Assembly: GCF_006345805.1 (NCBI RefSeq)
Contig: NC_042998.1
Location: forward strand, 38,440,001 to 38,504,000
Origin: Octopus sinensis
Taxonomy: Eukaryota
Direction of reading: 5' to 3'
DNA: 64,000 nucleotides
This document shows positions 51,488 through 63,896 of the stretch, in pieces. The position numbers and the translations under genes are program-made. Every line of letters begins with the position of its first letter. The stretch's first letter is position 1. Below the pieces are notes generated by a model, which was not told the origin of the DNA, did no database searches, and saw only the letters and a program-made list of their open reading frames with translations.

Positions 51488-53040
51488 GGTGCTGGCGTGG
51501 CTGTGTGGTAAGAAGCTTGCTTCCCCACCACATCGTCCTGGGATCAGTCCCACAGCGTGGCACCTCGGATAAGTGTCTTCTACTATAGCCTCGGGCCGAC
51601 CAAAAGCTTCTGAGTGGATTTAATAGACGGAAGCTAAAAGAAGCCCGTCCCTCGATGATAGTGATGCTGTTGACATCGTTTTATTGGACTTTGCCAAAGC
51701 TTTTGACTCGGTAAACCACCGCCTATTACTTGTCAAGCTTCAAGCATATAGTTTCCATCCGGATATTGTACGATGGGTTGGTGCCTTCCTCTCAGATCGC
51801 TCCTTCCAAGTCCAAGTTAATGGTTCGCGGTCCGACGTCTTCAGTGCGAGCAGTGGCGTGCCTCAAGGTTCAGTGCTTGGGCCCTTATTGTTCTTAGTCT
51901 TCATAAATGACTTGCCCGACGACCTCACGCAACACACCCTTCTATTTGCCGACGATATCAAACTGGTCGCTCCTCGCGGTGATATAGAGGATTTCGTCGA
52001 TGCCTCCACTAAATTTGGAGGTGGTCTAACGAATGGGATCTGTGTCTGAACGTGTCAAAGTGCTGTCATCTGCCTGTTGGCTCTCCTCCTGCAACTGAAC
52101 TTGATTTCGAGCCGGGTCGTCTGCTGCTGGAGAGGACCGATCAGGTAAAGGACCTGGGTATCTTGGTGGATTCCTCCTTTTCGCCTTCGGCCCAGTGCGT
52201 CCATGCTGCCAACAAAGCACGCGGAATTCTGTTCTTGATTCGACGGTCATTCAGAATGCTCACAGCAGCCATATTCCTACCACTCTATGTCACGCTGGTG
52301 AGACCCATATTGGAGTACGGGATTCAAGCCTCTTCTCCTTATTTCCTCAAAGACATACAGCATCTCGAAAGAGTCCAGAAGCTGGCTACCCGCATGGTTC
52401 ATGGTCTCAAAAATTTGTCCTATGAAGAAAGGCTGAGGACGCTCGACCTTTATTCTCTAGAAAAACGCCGCCGCCGTGATGATCTCATTCTCGCCCACAA
52501 CATCATAAGCGGAAAGTGTAACCTCTCGAAAGAGCTGTTCTTCACTCCTGCTCCAGAGCGTCGGCTGCGGTGTCATTCCGAAAAGCTCTACCTGCGACGA
52601 TTTCATCTCAATCGAAGGAGAGGAGCTTTCTCCGTCCGGGTTGCGGATCCGTGGAACAAGCTGCCAGACGAGATGGTGAAGATGCCGACGACCGCTTTGT
52701 TCAAAGCCTCCCTTGACCTCAAGTGGCCTGAACTCTTTACATGAACACCACCCTGTACTTAACTCCATGTCCCCCTACATGGCCTTGCTATTTGCTTTTG
52801 AGCCAAATTAACTAACTAACTAACATACATACATACATACATTTGTGTCTGTTTTTGTCCCTCCACTAACCGATGTTGGTGTGTTTGCGCCCCCGTAACC
52901 TAGCGGTTCGGCAAAAGAGACCAATAGAATAAGTACTAGGCTTACAAAGAATAACTCCTAGAGTCGATTTGTTCGACTAAAGGCGTTGCTCTAGCATGGC
53001 CGCAGTCAAATGACTGAAACAGGTAAAAGAATAGAAGAAT
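51488..53040 (+). mobile_element. Family A SINE split by a LINE insertion (head 51488-51649, tail about 52840-53040)
   Basis: Head ends AAAGAAGCCCGTC and the tail resumes at TGTGTCTGTTTTTGTCCC, colinear with intact copies. Confidence 0.85.
51650..52825 (+). mobile_element. CR1/L2-group LINE, 5'-truncated, RT plus C-terminus, nearly intact
   Basis: LDFAKAFDSVNH, SGVPQGSVLGPLLFLVFINDL, LFADDIKL, VRPILEY, LERVQKLATR, SLEKRRRRDDLI, FSVRVADPWNKLP. One frameshift near 51990; (CTAA)n tail. Confidence 0.93.
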
Positions 53041-53140
53041 AAAGGTAGTTTGTACGTTGTTCCATTTATAAGAAATATATCTTCTTATATTTTTCGTGTA
53101 TTACCAAATGTAATTCGTAAAAGCAACAAAATGTAGATAC

Positions 53141-53363
53141 TCTTTTACTCTTTTACTTGTTTCAGTCATTTGACTGCGGCCATGCTGGAGCACCGCCTTT
53201 AATCGAGCAACTCGACCCCGGGACTTATTCTTTTTGTAAGCCCAGTACTTATTCTATCGGTCTCTTTTTGCCGAACCGCTAAGTAACGGGGACATAAACA
53301 CACCAGCATCGGTTGTCAAGCAATGCTAGGGGGACAAACACAGACGCATAAACACGCACACGC

Positions 53364-53403
<40 letters not shown>

Positions 53404-53565
53404 CGGGCTTCTTTCAGTTTCCGTCTACCAAATCCACTCACAAGGCTTTGGTCGGCCCGAGGCTATAGCAGAAGACACTTGCCCAAGGTGCCACGCAGTG
53501 GCACTGAACCCAGAACCATGTGGTTGGTTAGCAAGCTACTTACCACACAGCCACTCCTGCGCCTA
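53141..53565 (-). mobile_element. Family A SINE, full length
   Basis: Reverse complement of the family consensus, from TTTTACTTGTTTCAGTC to CCACTCCTGCGCC. Confidence 0.9.
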
Positions 53566-53630
53566 AGATATTTGTCTTTTGTTTTAACTCAACCGAGAGA
53601 CGATGCTAATTATTATTCTCATCGCTTTAA

Positions 53631-53805
53631 GGCGGCGAGCTGGCAGAATCGTTAGCATGTCGAGCGAAGTGCTTAGCGTCCGTCTTTACGCTCTGAGTTC
53701 AAATTCTGCCGAGGTCGACGTGGCCTTTCATCCTTTCGGAGTTGATGTCATCGACTGTCCGCCCTCCCCAAATTCAGGCCTTGTGCCTATCGTAGAAAGG
53801 ATTAT
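53631..53805 (+). mobile_element. Family B SINE
   Basis: GGCGGCGAGCTGGCAGAATCGTTAGC..GAGTTCAAATTC..GTAGAAAGGATTATT. Confidence 0.85.
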
Positions 53806-53924
53806 TCACATTGCTTCCCTTTGAAGTAATATAACCTCATTCAATAGATTTTCTCATTTCATCTTCCTATGATAAATATGTAAGAAATGGCTATTGTATC
53901 GAAAACGCTATCTGTATCTAATAA

Positions 53925-54125
53925 TGGTTTCAAATCTTGGAACAAGGCCAGCAATTTTATGGAGAGGGTAAATCGACCCCAATTCTCAACTGATATTTTA
54001 TTGACCCCGAAGGATGAAAGGCAAAGTCGACCTCGGCGGAATTTAAACTCATAACGTAAAGACTAACGATATGCTGCTAAGCATTTTGCCCGGCATGCTA
54101 ACGATTCTGGCAGCTTGGCCGCGCC
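53925..54125 (-). mobile_element. Family B SINE
   Basis: GGATGAAAGGCAAAGTCGACCTCGGCGGAATTT..GCTAACGATTCTG. Confidence 0.85.
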
Positions 54126-55504
54126 TTGCTATTTGTATCTAATACTGGTTATCTTATTGAATTTCCTTTCCAAAAGCGTTGTTTTAAGTTTTATTTTGTG
54201 GATTTTTAATTATGATCTGTGCAAATATGATGAAACCTGTTGACTTGAAGATTTTGACCTTTGATGATATTCAGAACAAATGATGCAAGCAAGCACACAC
54301 ACATACAAACACAAATATTCAAAACTTAGGCTTATGTGAGAAATAAAATAAGATCGATACTTTCTATACAAATTTGCAAAAAAAATGTTTCCTCCCAAAT
54401 TCAAATCTATAATGTGCACTCACATTGCTGTGTCAGAGTCAGACTAATCTGACAGCGTAGGAGACAAAACGGAGAAGGCGAGGGAAAAGAAATAGACGAG
54501 TAGGAAAATATAGGAAGAAAGGATGAAGAGAGAGAAGGGGCAGTAAAGAGTGAATGGCGATCACGAATGGATGGATATAAAAATATTCAAAAGATGGGAA
54601 GATAGACAGAACAGGAGTGAAACAAAGACAAAGAAAGAGAGAAGTTAAGAGAAAGAGGCAGTTGTTAAGTATGTGAGATCTAAGGAAACCACATTCGCAC
54701 GTTGCTTCGTATACATGTCTTGTTTGGGAGTAAAAGAGAAAAAGACAGTGTGAGGGAATGCAGATAAAAGAGGAAGAGAGGAGTGAAGCATCACGACTAC
54801 CACTACTACAAACAGTGACAGCCATCACACGTCCTCCTCTTTGGTGATGCTAATATTTGTATTAGTGTATCGTTTTGGTGCTAGTGTTGGAGGTATTAGT
54901 TGTAGATATGGTTGTAGTTGCAATAGTAGTGGTGGTTCAGTTAGTAGTTAATGGCAGTAAAAATGGTTGTCGTCATGATGGTAATTGTAGTGGTCCTGTG
55001 GTCGTGTTTGTAGTTTTGGTGGTGCAGGTATAGTCGCGAATGTGTTGTAATATTGGCAGTGGTGGTATTGGTCGTCGGAGTAGCGGAGGGAGTGCACTGT
55101 CTGGTATAGTACCGGTGTAGTGGTATTGCAGATTACGGTGTTAGTACTACATATAAAGAACGATGTTACTGTTGTTTTAACCCCAGGAAAACATCTTTTC
55201 CAGCTGGCTATCGACACACTGTATTAGTGTATCGTTTTGGTGCTAGTGTCGGTGGCATTAGTAGTAGATATGGTTGTAGTTGCAAGAGTGGTGGTGGTTG
55301 AGTTAGTATGTTAATGGCAGTAAAAATGGTTGTAGTATAAATTCGTCACGTCTCTTCATCTAAAACCATTCATACATATTTATAATGTTATCCGGAATAT
55401 ATTTATGCCGTGGAAGGGAATGCGTGGAGATACGAGGTGGGATGAGGTGACGGGAGTTAGGCGTTAGGAGTTGTTGGGTGCTACTGTGTATGGAATGGGA
55501 AGGG

Positions 55505-55556
<52 letters not shown>

Positions 55557-55699
55557 ATGTGCATGTTTGGATGTGTACATAATGGTATGTGTTGTGAGTA
55601 CTGAAGTAAACTGTGTGTGGGTGTTTACATAAAGGTGTATGGTGAGGACACTGAGTTAGGCAGTGTACAGGGATGGAACGGACGGTGTGCAGGAATGGG

Positions 55700-56300
55700 A
55701 GCAGTGGAAGGTGAGAGGTATGTATGTAGGGTTGGTTTTAGATGAAGATAGGTGACGAATTTAGACCACTAGGAGCAAAGAAATGAAGAGAGAAAATCAA
55801 TTCCTGCTCTCGGTTGAGTACGGGTGGATTCTGTGCAAGGATAGTCCGAACAGAGAGAGAGAGAAAAGAGATGTTGTAATGAATGACTGGTCGAGCGAAA
55901 AGTGCGAGAGACAGGAGTGCCATTTCCGAGTCTGATGTCTTGGAGATGTTCAGTCAACCAGTCGGTTAAGCGGTGTCCCATTTGACCAATGTATAGGGAA
56001 GGAAAGAGAAAGCAGAGTATACAGTAGATGACATTGCTGGAGGTGAATGAATCGGTGATGTGGTAAGGGCGGTGGTGGGTGCTGACGAAGATAGTGGCGT
56101 TGGAGAGGTAGGGACAGGCACGACAGAATGGGCGGGAGCAAGGGAAAGAGCCAGGTCGAGTGCCTATGAACCAGAAGGTCACATATATTAAGGGCGCGTT
56201 TGAAAGAGGAAAGGGATGAGTTGAAGAAGATGTGGGAGTTGGAGGGATCGGATTGGAGGGGTGATGGATGAAGGAGGAAGGGAGGCGGATGAGGATGGGG

Positions 56301-56339
<39 letters not shown>

Positions 56340-56380
56340 AGAAGTACAGTCAACGGATCATGCATGGGTGAAGGCGAGAT
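55700..56380 (-). mobile_element. Second, more decayed copy of the Neptune-like Penelope 3' end (GIY-YIG)
   Basis: PGSFPCSRPFCRACPYL..SNVIYCILC..YIGQMGHRLTDWLTEHLQDI..REQELIFSL, homologous to 39180-39760. Confidence 0.85.
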
Positions 56381-56689
56381 ATCACACGAATAAATGTATA
56401 TTAAAAAGAGGGAAATACTTTGAGAACTTCATGAATAAAAGCAAGAATATGTTACAGGCTCCAATTGGTTTACCTGATCTAATCATGCTAAATTTATTAA
56501 AAGATTATAAGTTAAATTAGATTGATGTTTCATGACAGCATTTTTGAAAGTTCATATATTTTTCTTTAAACAATCAACATGTTGGTAGTTGCCTGTAACA
56601 GTGGTTAGAGTTTTAGTTATTGTTTGTTCTTTTGTATAGTGTGGTGGCAGTAGTAGCTGCAGTAGAAATAGACATATAATATAAAGCTA

Positions 56690-57100
56690 CGGACTCCAAA
56701 CAATATGTTTTTCAATTTGTGTCATCAGAGACATATAATAACCTAACCAAAAGGATCTTCGCAATTGTATCCTATAAAAATATTCGTGAAATACGACTTC
56801 GAGAACTGAAGGGTACATTCCTCGACATGGATTACCCGCCATTCTTCATCGGTTATGGAATACAAAACGTTGCAATACATTTAATATCATATCCAGAAAA
56901 TAAGACAAACAAATCAAAGGGATGCATCAGAATTAAAAAGCTACCTTATATTCCCCCCCCCCCCCCAAAAAAAAAAAAAACAGAAAGCTCTATAACATAT
57001 TTCAAAACATTCCAACACAAAGTCCAAACTTTATACAATGTCAACAGAACCAACAGCAAAAATGAGCGGAAAATCTGTGGTATTTTGAAATCTGTCAGAT
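56690..57100 (+). mobile_element. Degraded Penelope RT thumb fragment
   Basis: YNNLTKRIFAIVSYKNIREIRLRELKGTFLDMDYP resembles the PLE motif PFNLARRICTIVS..RLxEL..L..RxYP. Confidence 0.55.
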
Positions 57101-57140
57101 AATATAGTTCGATCATTGTCAATATGATACATTTATATAC

Positions 57141-57345
57141 GGCAGCGACCTGGCAGAATCGTTAGCACGCCGGGAAAATTACTTATCGGTAGTCCATCCG
57201 TTTTCACATCTTGAGTTCAAATTCCACCAAAGTTGACTCTACTTTTCATCCTTTCGGAGTCGATAGAATAAGTACCAGCTGAATACTGGCGTCGACTTAG
57301 CCTCTCCCCCGAAATTGCTGGCCTTCTGCAAACTTTGAAACCAAT
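57141..57345 (+). mobile_element. Family B SINE
   Basis: GGCAGCGACCTGGCAGAATCGTTAGCACGCCGG..TTTCATCCTTTCGGAGTCGATA. Confidence 0.85.
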
Positions 57346-57781
57346 ATGATACACTTATTAAGACCTGATAGAGAGATGCTTAAATTCTTTAAATGTTAGA
57401 AAAACAGGACAAATTTTATAAGGAAGAACAAATGTTCAGCGGTGTTATTTTTGCTGCTTTTCTTGTTAAGTGTTCGGCAATTGAAATGTTGTTAAAGCTA
57501 CAACAATATATCTTCAGATTACGTGACACTTCGCTGCTTCTGTCGTCGGCTTCCTAACATACACTCAGGCCACATAGTAACGGCGAAATTCTAAAGTATA
57601 GCGCTTAATTGCTGGTGAGATGTACTTTAAAATGACAATTAAGTCAGTTTAATTCATCTTAGCAATCAGAGGTGTTACTTGCACGACACGACTGCGAATT
57701 CCCAAATCTCTTTACGTACATTAGTGACTTTATATATAGACGTGTATGTGTGTTGGTAGACGGAAACTAAAAGAAGCCCAT

Positions 57782-57845
<64 letters not shown>

Positions 57846-58061
57846 TATTACGATTTCGCTTTGTCATAGCGATACTAATAACTTGGTGTTAGAACTTAAT
57901 ATTAGTTTAAACTGCAAAATTTTCCTTAAGATTTACACATTTTTCTGCTTAAATAAAACTTAACGTTTCGTTTGAAATACCAAAGGCGACTAATGATTCA
58001 ATACTCAGGGATCAAATATCATCGAACGCAACATTTTTACCCTTTATACTAAATGTTGTGT

Positions 58062-58318
58062 GGAGGAACATGACTTAGTGCTTAGAACAGCGGAATCGCG
58101 GTCGAAAGACCGCGGGTTCGAATCTCAGACCGGGCGATGTGTGTGTTTATGAGCGAAACACCTAAGCTCCACACGGCTCCGACAGAAGGTAATGGCGAAC
58201 TTCTGATTCTTTCGCCACAACTTTCTCTCACTCTTTCCTCCTGCATCTAGTAGCTCACCTGCGACGGATCTATACGCCAATGAAACTGGCGTGGCTCGAG
58301 AAGGAACAAACAACAACA
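58062..58318 (+). mobile_element. tRNA-derived SINE (further family)
   Basis: A-box TGACTTAGTGCTTAG, B-box GGGTTCGAATC, TGAGCGAAACACCTAA core, (AAC)n tail. Confidence 0.7.
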
Positions 58319-58574
58319 AACACGCTAAGAGTTGCCTGTCTTCACTTGCAGATCTCGCATTGGTGTTGATTTATGAATTTGAATGAAATGTGTGTTTCTT
58401 ATATTATTCAATTTCAGTATTGTTTCGTATAAAAGGAAAATCCTCATCGCAAATTTCCAATCTTTGTAGATATTTTTGATTCAAGTTGAACAGGAATTCA
58501 AAATGGAACAACATCTATAAGTAATAAATATAGATTAAATATCTGTATATGTTCCTCTCTAAATCTTACACTCA

Positions 58575-58631
<57 letters not shown>

Positions 58632-59284
58632 GCGCGTGTGTGTGTATGTGAAATACAGAAAGTGTGTGCGTGCGTGCGTATGTGTGTGTATGTGCTTGCA
58701 TGTATATAAAAGTATGCTGATATCATTCAAGAAAATTGTTGATTTATTAAAAACATGTCCCCTTTGAGAGAAAGTAAATTCAATCATCGTGGCAATTACA
58801 GCAAATGCCAAACGAAAGGAATGAACCCAGGCATTAAAAACCTGAAAAACACCTAATTACACGTGTTTCTGTCTCAATATTTATCATCAGCGCAGCAGTT
58901 GTCTTACTTGACTCCAGCAAACACGAACAATAGACATGTACAAAAAGAATAGAAAACATTTATGGCCTAGAGTAATTTGCATTATTCAAAATTAATGTTT
59001 ATTTTCCATATTCATGGCATTCTCCATATTCATGGCATTGACCTTCATAGGTATTTCCCAATTTCACTTAGATTATATATAAACTGAAACTCAGCTAGAT
59101 GATATCTTAGGATGATATCTAGAGACTTATGTACATACATTTTAATTAACTTGTAGAATATCTAACCGGGCCTTGCTTTCTGTATCCACTTATTTTCCCC
59201 TAGTTAGGTATGGTTTCTATGTCCAAGTGTTTTTAGTTTTCAAATTTGTAACACACTCAAATATTATATTATATCTCGTTTAGT

Positions 59285-59506
59285 TAGTCTCTTTTAGCAT
59301 TCCGATTACTCTGTCAAATGTAAAACATATTTATTCACATGATTTTGAATTAATCGTGTACTATCTTGTTGCTACGAGGCTTCAATGATGTGAGTGGTTA
59401 CTTCTACAATGACATTGTAGAGTAAGTGTGAGAGGCTTGATCTAGCTGCTATGATCATAAAACAGGTAGGATATTTGGGCCAGATATGGCCAGTTTAAAG
59501 GGTTAA
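59285..59506. mobile_element. piggyBac-like MITE, degraded
   Basis: Right end AAAGGGTTAA (CCCTTT TIR plus TTAA); decayed left end TCTTTTAGCATTC. Confidence 0.45.
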
Positions 59507-59619
59507 ATTTATCCCTTCTGTTTCAAGGAAACGCCTCCCAGACTAGATCATGAATGAAGCAGACTGACAAAAGTAAGTAATGCCTGATTATTAATTGCAT
59601 ATTTATGCAACAAAAGAAA

Positions 59620-60830
59620 AACTGGCAATATTAAAGGTGACTTGATATTTATTAATGCTACATGTGGAACAGGCAAAAGTATTCCTGCTGAACGTGACCT
59701 TATGTTCGCAGAACTGGTTGAATTGCACTTGTGATAGCTTCATCGTTTCGTGGCTACACTATTACAGCTCGGACGGACTGGCTATTCTCGCTTGAACTTT
59801 CCCATTCTGGTAAACTCTAATATATATTCTTATTATGCAACTGATCGCCTTCTGCATGATGCTCAGTTAGTGGTGTGCGAATCTTCAATGTGCCATTAGA
59901 TATTTTCTCCAAGCTTTGAATCAGACAGTTTGAGAGAAATTAATAGTCGTCAACAGAGATTTCAGGCAACTTCTCCCAGTAACCTGGGTATTTTGGTAAC
60001 CACTGTATGCAAGAAGATCTATTTCAAGTTCATGCAAAAGTTTTGCATCCCGACAATTATGAGAGATATCAATTGTTTAAACACTGATTTTGCAGCATTT
60101 AATTGGATAAGCCACTGTACAAATTGATGAAGGAAGTGTTCCAGACATTAGTACACACACCTTTTCTAGACGTTATTGTTATTTCGTCTTTCCTACACGA
60201 CGAAAATGAACAATGGATGACTTCCTAAACTATTCCAGCAACAAAACCGACGAGGTTGATCAACTCAACGATAGAATTATGAAGAAGCTTCCTGGAGTTG
60301 TGATTATACTGAGAAGAGGTGACTCAGTGAAAAAAAATTTGTATTAAAGAATGTTTTTGAATTAACCAAATATCAGTTGTCTACCTCCTCGCATCAACAA
60401 AATTCAGACAAGAACTTCAGTAATGCCTCTCAACTTAGATCACTGAAACAGCACTTGTACTCGATACTCAGTCCTCAGCGCTATTCACTATTCCCTATTT
60501 ACTGACCTTCAGCACACTTTGTGGTTTCACCCCGGAAAGCTGCTAATGAGTTGCCGAATTTCTTTTCAGCCGCCTGACACGAATTTATCATTCGCTTTAA
60601 AGAATCGCAGTTTCCTATAAATCCCGTTATTGTTATAACAATAAATAAATGTTAAAGACAAAGTTTAAAGAAGCGCGGAGAGTATCTTCCAACTCCACTA
60701 TTTACACATAGACGATATGCTACTTTCATCAGAGTGTGTGACCAAATATATCTGGGAGTATTCGAAGACAATTCAAGCGTATAGCCAGAAAGACATATCA
60801 TAGTGATGAATACAGCTCTTTGACAAAGTA
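59620..60830 (+). pseudogene. Fossil PIF1-family helicase (Helitron RepHel) fragment
   Basis: INATCGTGKS (Walker A), ATLLQLGRTGYSRLNFP (compare AATLLxGGRTAHSRFKLP), QFPI..ITINKC*RQSLKK.GEYLPTPLFTH (compare MTINKSQGQTL..G.YL..PVFSHGQ). Many disruptions. Confidence 0.8.
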
Positions 60831-62300
60831 TTTTGTTTATGTAGAGGTCATCTAAATATAATAAATACTGTAGAATGTATAGAAAAAAGTTTACAACATA
60901 TGAGATAATATCTTTTTCTAAATATACGCCTTTCTTTAATGCTAAAAGATTACTTATTAGGCATTTCACAGAGATGGTCAACTTAAATTTCTATAATTAA
61001 CCATATTAAAAATCACCTAATGCCACATCGATTTTTCTGAAGATAAAAATAGTGAAAGGTTAATGTTTCTAATTAGTTGAAAGACTCTTTGTAATTAATC
61101 TGAATATATTATATTGTATCTCTACACTTGTACATTTCTCCTTCAATGCAACAATCAATGGAAACAGATGAACTTGGTAGATTGCAAAACCCCCTCCCCA
61201 CCTCATTTTCTATCGAAAATTGTTTTCTACCGATGCAAAATATATTGGAACGTGGCATACAGAGGAAAATGATATATTGTAGACGCTAATTATATATTTG
61301 CATATTATTTTACTTCAGAAATATATGGATACTCATCTTTATAGGCAAGTCCAATAGAAGGGGGTTGATTTATAAGAACATACAGAATTTACACAAACTG
61401 AATGCAGCAAAAGTGTGAGTGACTAAATATGCTGGCATACAATCGCTGGAATAGCATGTTCTCACTAAATAATACAAGGATTATAATTATTTCTTAAAAT
61501 ACAAGGGTAGAGTTAAATGATAATCTGAAAGTTAATTGAGTCATACAAACTAGCTTAATGTATTAAAATCTTTAAGTAGAGAAGCACCTCTGTACATAAA
61601 CGCATTGCATTCTTCCCTCTTAAAGTTGTAAAAATTCTTTGGAATCATTGTATAATATATCCGACGAAATTCTTATAAAGCGTCTGCACATAGGTCGGAG
61701 AGTGTTTAGGAAGTATATTAACAGTGAAACTAATCCAATGTGGCTCGAAATAGTCATGGTTCATAATCCCGAGATTAGTTGATAATCGTGTAAATTGGGT
61801 TTCAACAGCTCGGATAACCTTTAGAGCAAATTTATAAGTGCAACAGCATAACAATTGCATGTCCTTTTTTTCCTTCGATGTTGAATTTAGTTTTAATTTC
61901 CCTAAATTCATTCCCTTCCTCTTAGAAACGACAGGAAGGAAACGAATACTCTTCTTCTCTTCCAACAATTATAGTTAGGTTTTAGTTTTCTTTCTTGAAC
62001 TAAGAAGAAAAACGACATTTATGAATTTGTTTCGGCGTACGGCTGATGGCTAATTTTATTATTTGATTGGTCTTAATTTTATTCTCCTTTAATTGGCATT
62101 TCCCCTTCATTTTGGGTGATCCAAGATGTCTTCAAGTATCCCATTGGCGACACCCGTGTCTTTGGCTAACCTATCCAAACTCTGGATTTTTGGTCATCTG
62201 TGCAGGCAAACTGGCTAAGATTGACATCGGTATCCATCCTTCCATATTCGATTCAAGCGAACAACGAGACACCAACGATGTTCGAATCGATGTGACACAA

Positions 62301-62450
62301 CTAAATGGAGATTCTGTCGTCGATAACTCGGATCATGTCTCTATGAAACAGTTTTGCTGCTTTGTTCCCAGCCAGCATTTGATTTCGTATTATGTTACGG
62401 GTCCTGAAATGCTCACAAACTATTTGTAATTCTATTTCTCTTTGTAAAAA
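62301..62450 (-). CDS. Candidate terminal coding exon of an unidentified gene
   Basis: ttttttttag| followed by an open phase-0 frame FLQREIELQIVCEHFRTRNIIRNQMLAGNKAAKLFHRDMIRVIDDRISI*, then unique UTR-like sequence. Confidence 0.3.
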   Translation of the reverse strand, partial: FLQREIELQIVCEHFRTRNIIRNQMLAGNKAAKLFHRDMIRVIDDRISI

Positions 62451-62900
62451 CTAAAAAAAATTTTAAAAACTGGCCACCAGGAAGTTTAAAAAAAAATTCA
62501 ACTAGGAGTGAAATTACAATTAAAAATTTATTGTGCACAGGTGGTGCCCCAGCATAGCCGTAGTCAAATGACCGAAACAAGTAGAATTAATATTCAGCAT
62601 GTCATCTTTTCACTTATGATACTAATATTATCACCGGATAAGGCGGCGAGCTGGCAGAAACGTTTATTTTAAAAAGTTGCTTCTGTAATATAAGGTAAAA
62701 ATAAACTTGGATGGATACTCACCCAGCTAGAAATAGAATCAAACTCTCATTCAAATCATATTATCACTTTAAATAGTGAAGGACACTAGTCCTAGTACAC
62801 CAGTTCTGAAAAAAGAGAAGATATGTTCACCGGAACGCTTTTGTGTCTGTCCGATCATCGATGGCTTCGTACATTGTTTAAAAGTAAAAATCAATAGCAT

Positions 62901-62968
62901 TTACAGTTTCTTCTCTTCAAAGTACCCTTTCTTCTTCTTCGAAATCCTCCAACATTTCGTATGGACAT
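62901..62968 (-). CDS. Candidate exon of an unidentified gene (3' boundary uncertain)
   Basis: Acceptor gcttctataatag|ATGTCC, purine-rich. Reads HVHTKCWRISKKKKGYFEEKKL* or TCPYEMLEDFEEEER depending on phase. Confidence 0.35.
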
Positions 62969-63325
62969 CTATTATAGAAGCGCATATAAAACAAGGACGA
63001 TTGAACGCAAAATATGTACAGTGACCTTTGTCTTTATACTCGTTTAGATTTAATATATGCAGCTGTATTCTCTAAACAATCTTATCTTTCACCGAAAGGC
63101 GTTGGAGGATTTTACTTTTGTCAAAATAATCTATGAATTGCTTTACATCGATAATCAATAAAATTGAAATCAATAAAATTCAATTTAATCGCTGTAATCA
63201 ATATAGGTTCTGAAAATGACTAGCATAGTGGACCATATGATGAAGAGCTGTAATTGACCTTTCGCCCATCCTTTTTCCATAGAAAAAGTAAAAGTAATAT
63301 TTAAGGATTGACTGTGCTCACTCAC

Positions 63326-63408
63326 GTACAAATTCTGTCTGGTCTCGTGGTTCGCAAAGGTTTCCAAGTTTCATTCCCAAACACATCGCCAGTAGACGTT
63401 CCCTGTCT
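63326..63408 (-). CDS. Candidate 83-nt internal exon of an unidentified gene
   Basis: ctaat branch, tactttag| acceptor and strong |gtgagt donor. Two frames are open (DRERLLAMCLGMKLGNLCEPRDQTEFV or RQGTSTGDVFGNETWKPLRTTRPDRIC). Confidence 0.5.
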
Positions 63409-63506
63409 CTAAAGTAATTCTTTGAATTAGAATACCAGGCGGAAGATAACTGAAGATTCAGTTTATGAGATATTAATATATGTAGCTGACATGAAATCGG
63501 AAGAAT

Positions 63507-63872
63507 AGGTGTGGTTGTGTGGTAAAAAAGCTTGCTTCCTAACAACATGGTCCCTGATTCAGTCCCACTGTGTGGAACGTTGGGCAAGCGCTGTCTGCTA
63601 TGGCCTCGAGCCGACCAAAGCCTTGACAGTGGGATTTTGGTAGACAGAAACTGAAAGAAGCGCGTGTGATTTGTATTTGTGTTTGTCCCCATCACTTGAC
63701 AACCAGTGTTGGTGTGTTTACGTCGCCGCAACTTAACCTTTCGTCGAAAGTGAGTGATAGCATAAGTACCGGATTTTAAGATATAAGTTCTGGGGTCGAT
63801 TCGTTCGACTAAAAACTCTTGAAATTGTTGCCTCAGCATGGCCGCAGTCTAATGACTGAAACAAATAAAAGG
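63507..63872 (+). mobile_element. Family A SINE
   Basis: GTGGTTGTGTGGTAA..TTCAGTCCCACTG..TTGGGCAAG..CAGCATGGCCGCAGTCTAATGACTGAAACAA. Confidence 0.85.
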
Positions 63873-63896
63873 TAAGGGCTGTATATAAATACATAC

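Noticed and set aside
62067-62429. 120-aa plus-strand ORF, and a La-motif-like MEGWIPMSILASL on the minus strand
   Set aside because: The ORF has a TTG start and no recognisable domain. The La-like stretch is bracketed by stops and too short to be significant.
62723-62805. Minus-strand exon with strong acceptor and GTGAGT donor
   Set aside because: Stops in all three frames and the sequence looks like a repeat tail. At most a UTR exon.
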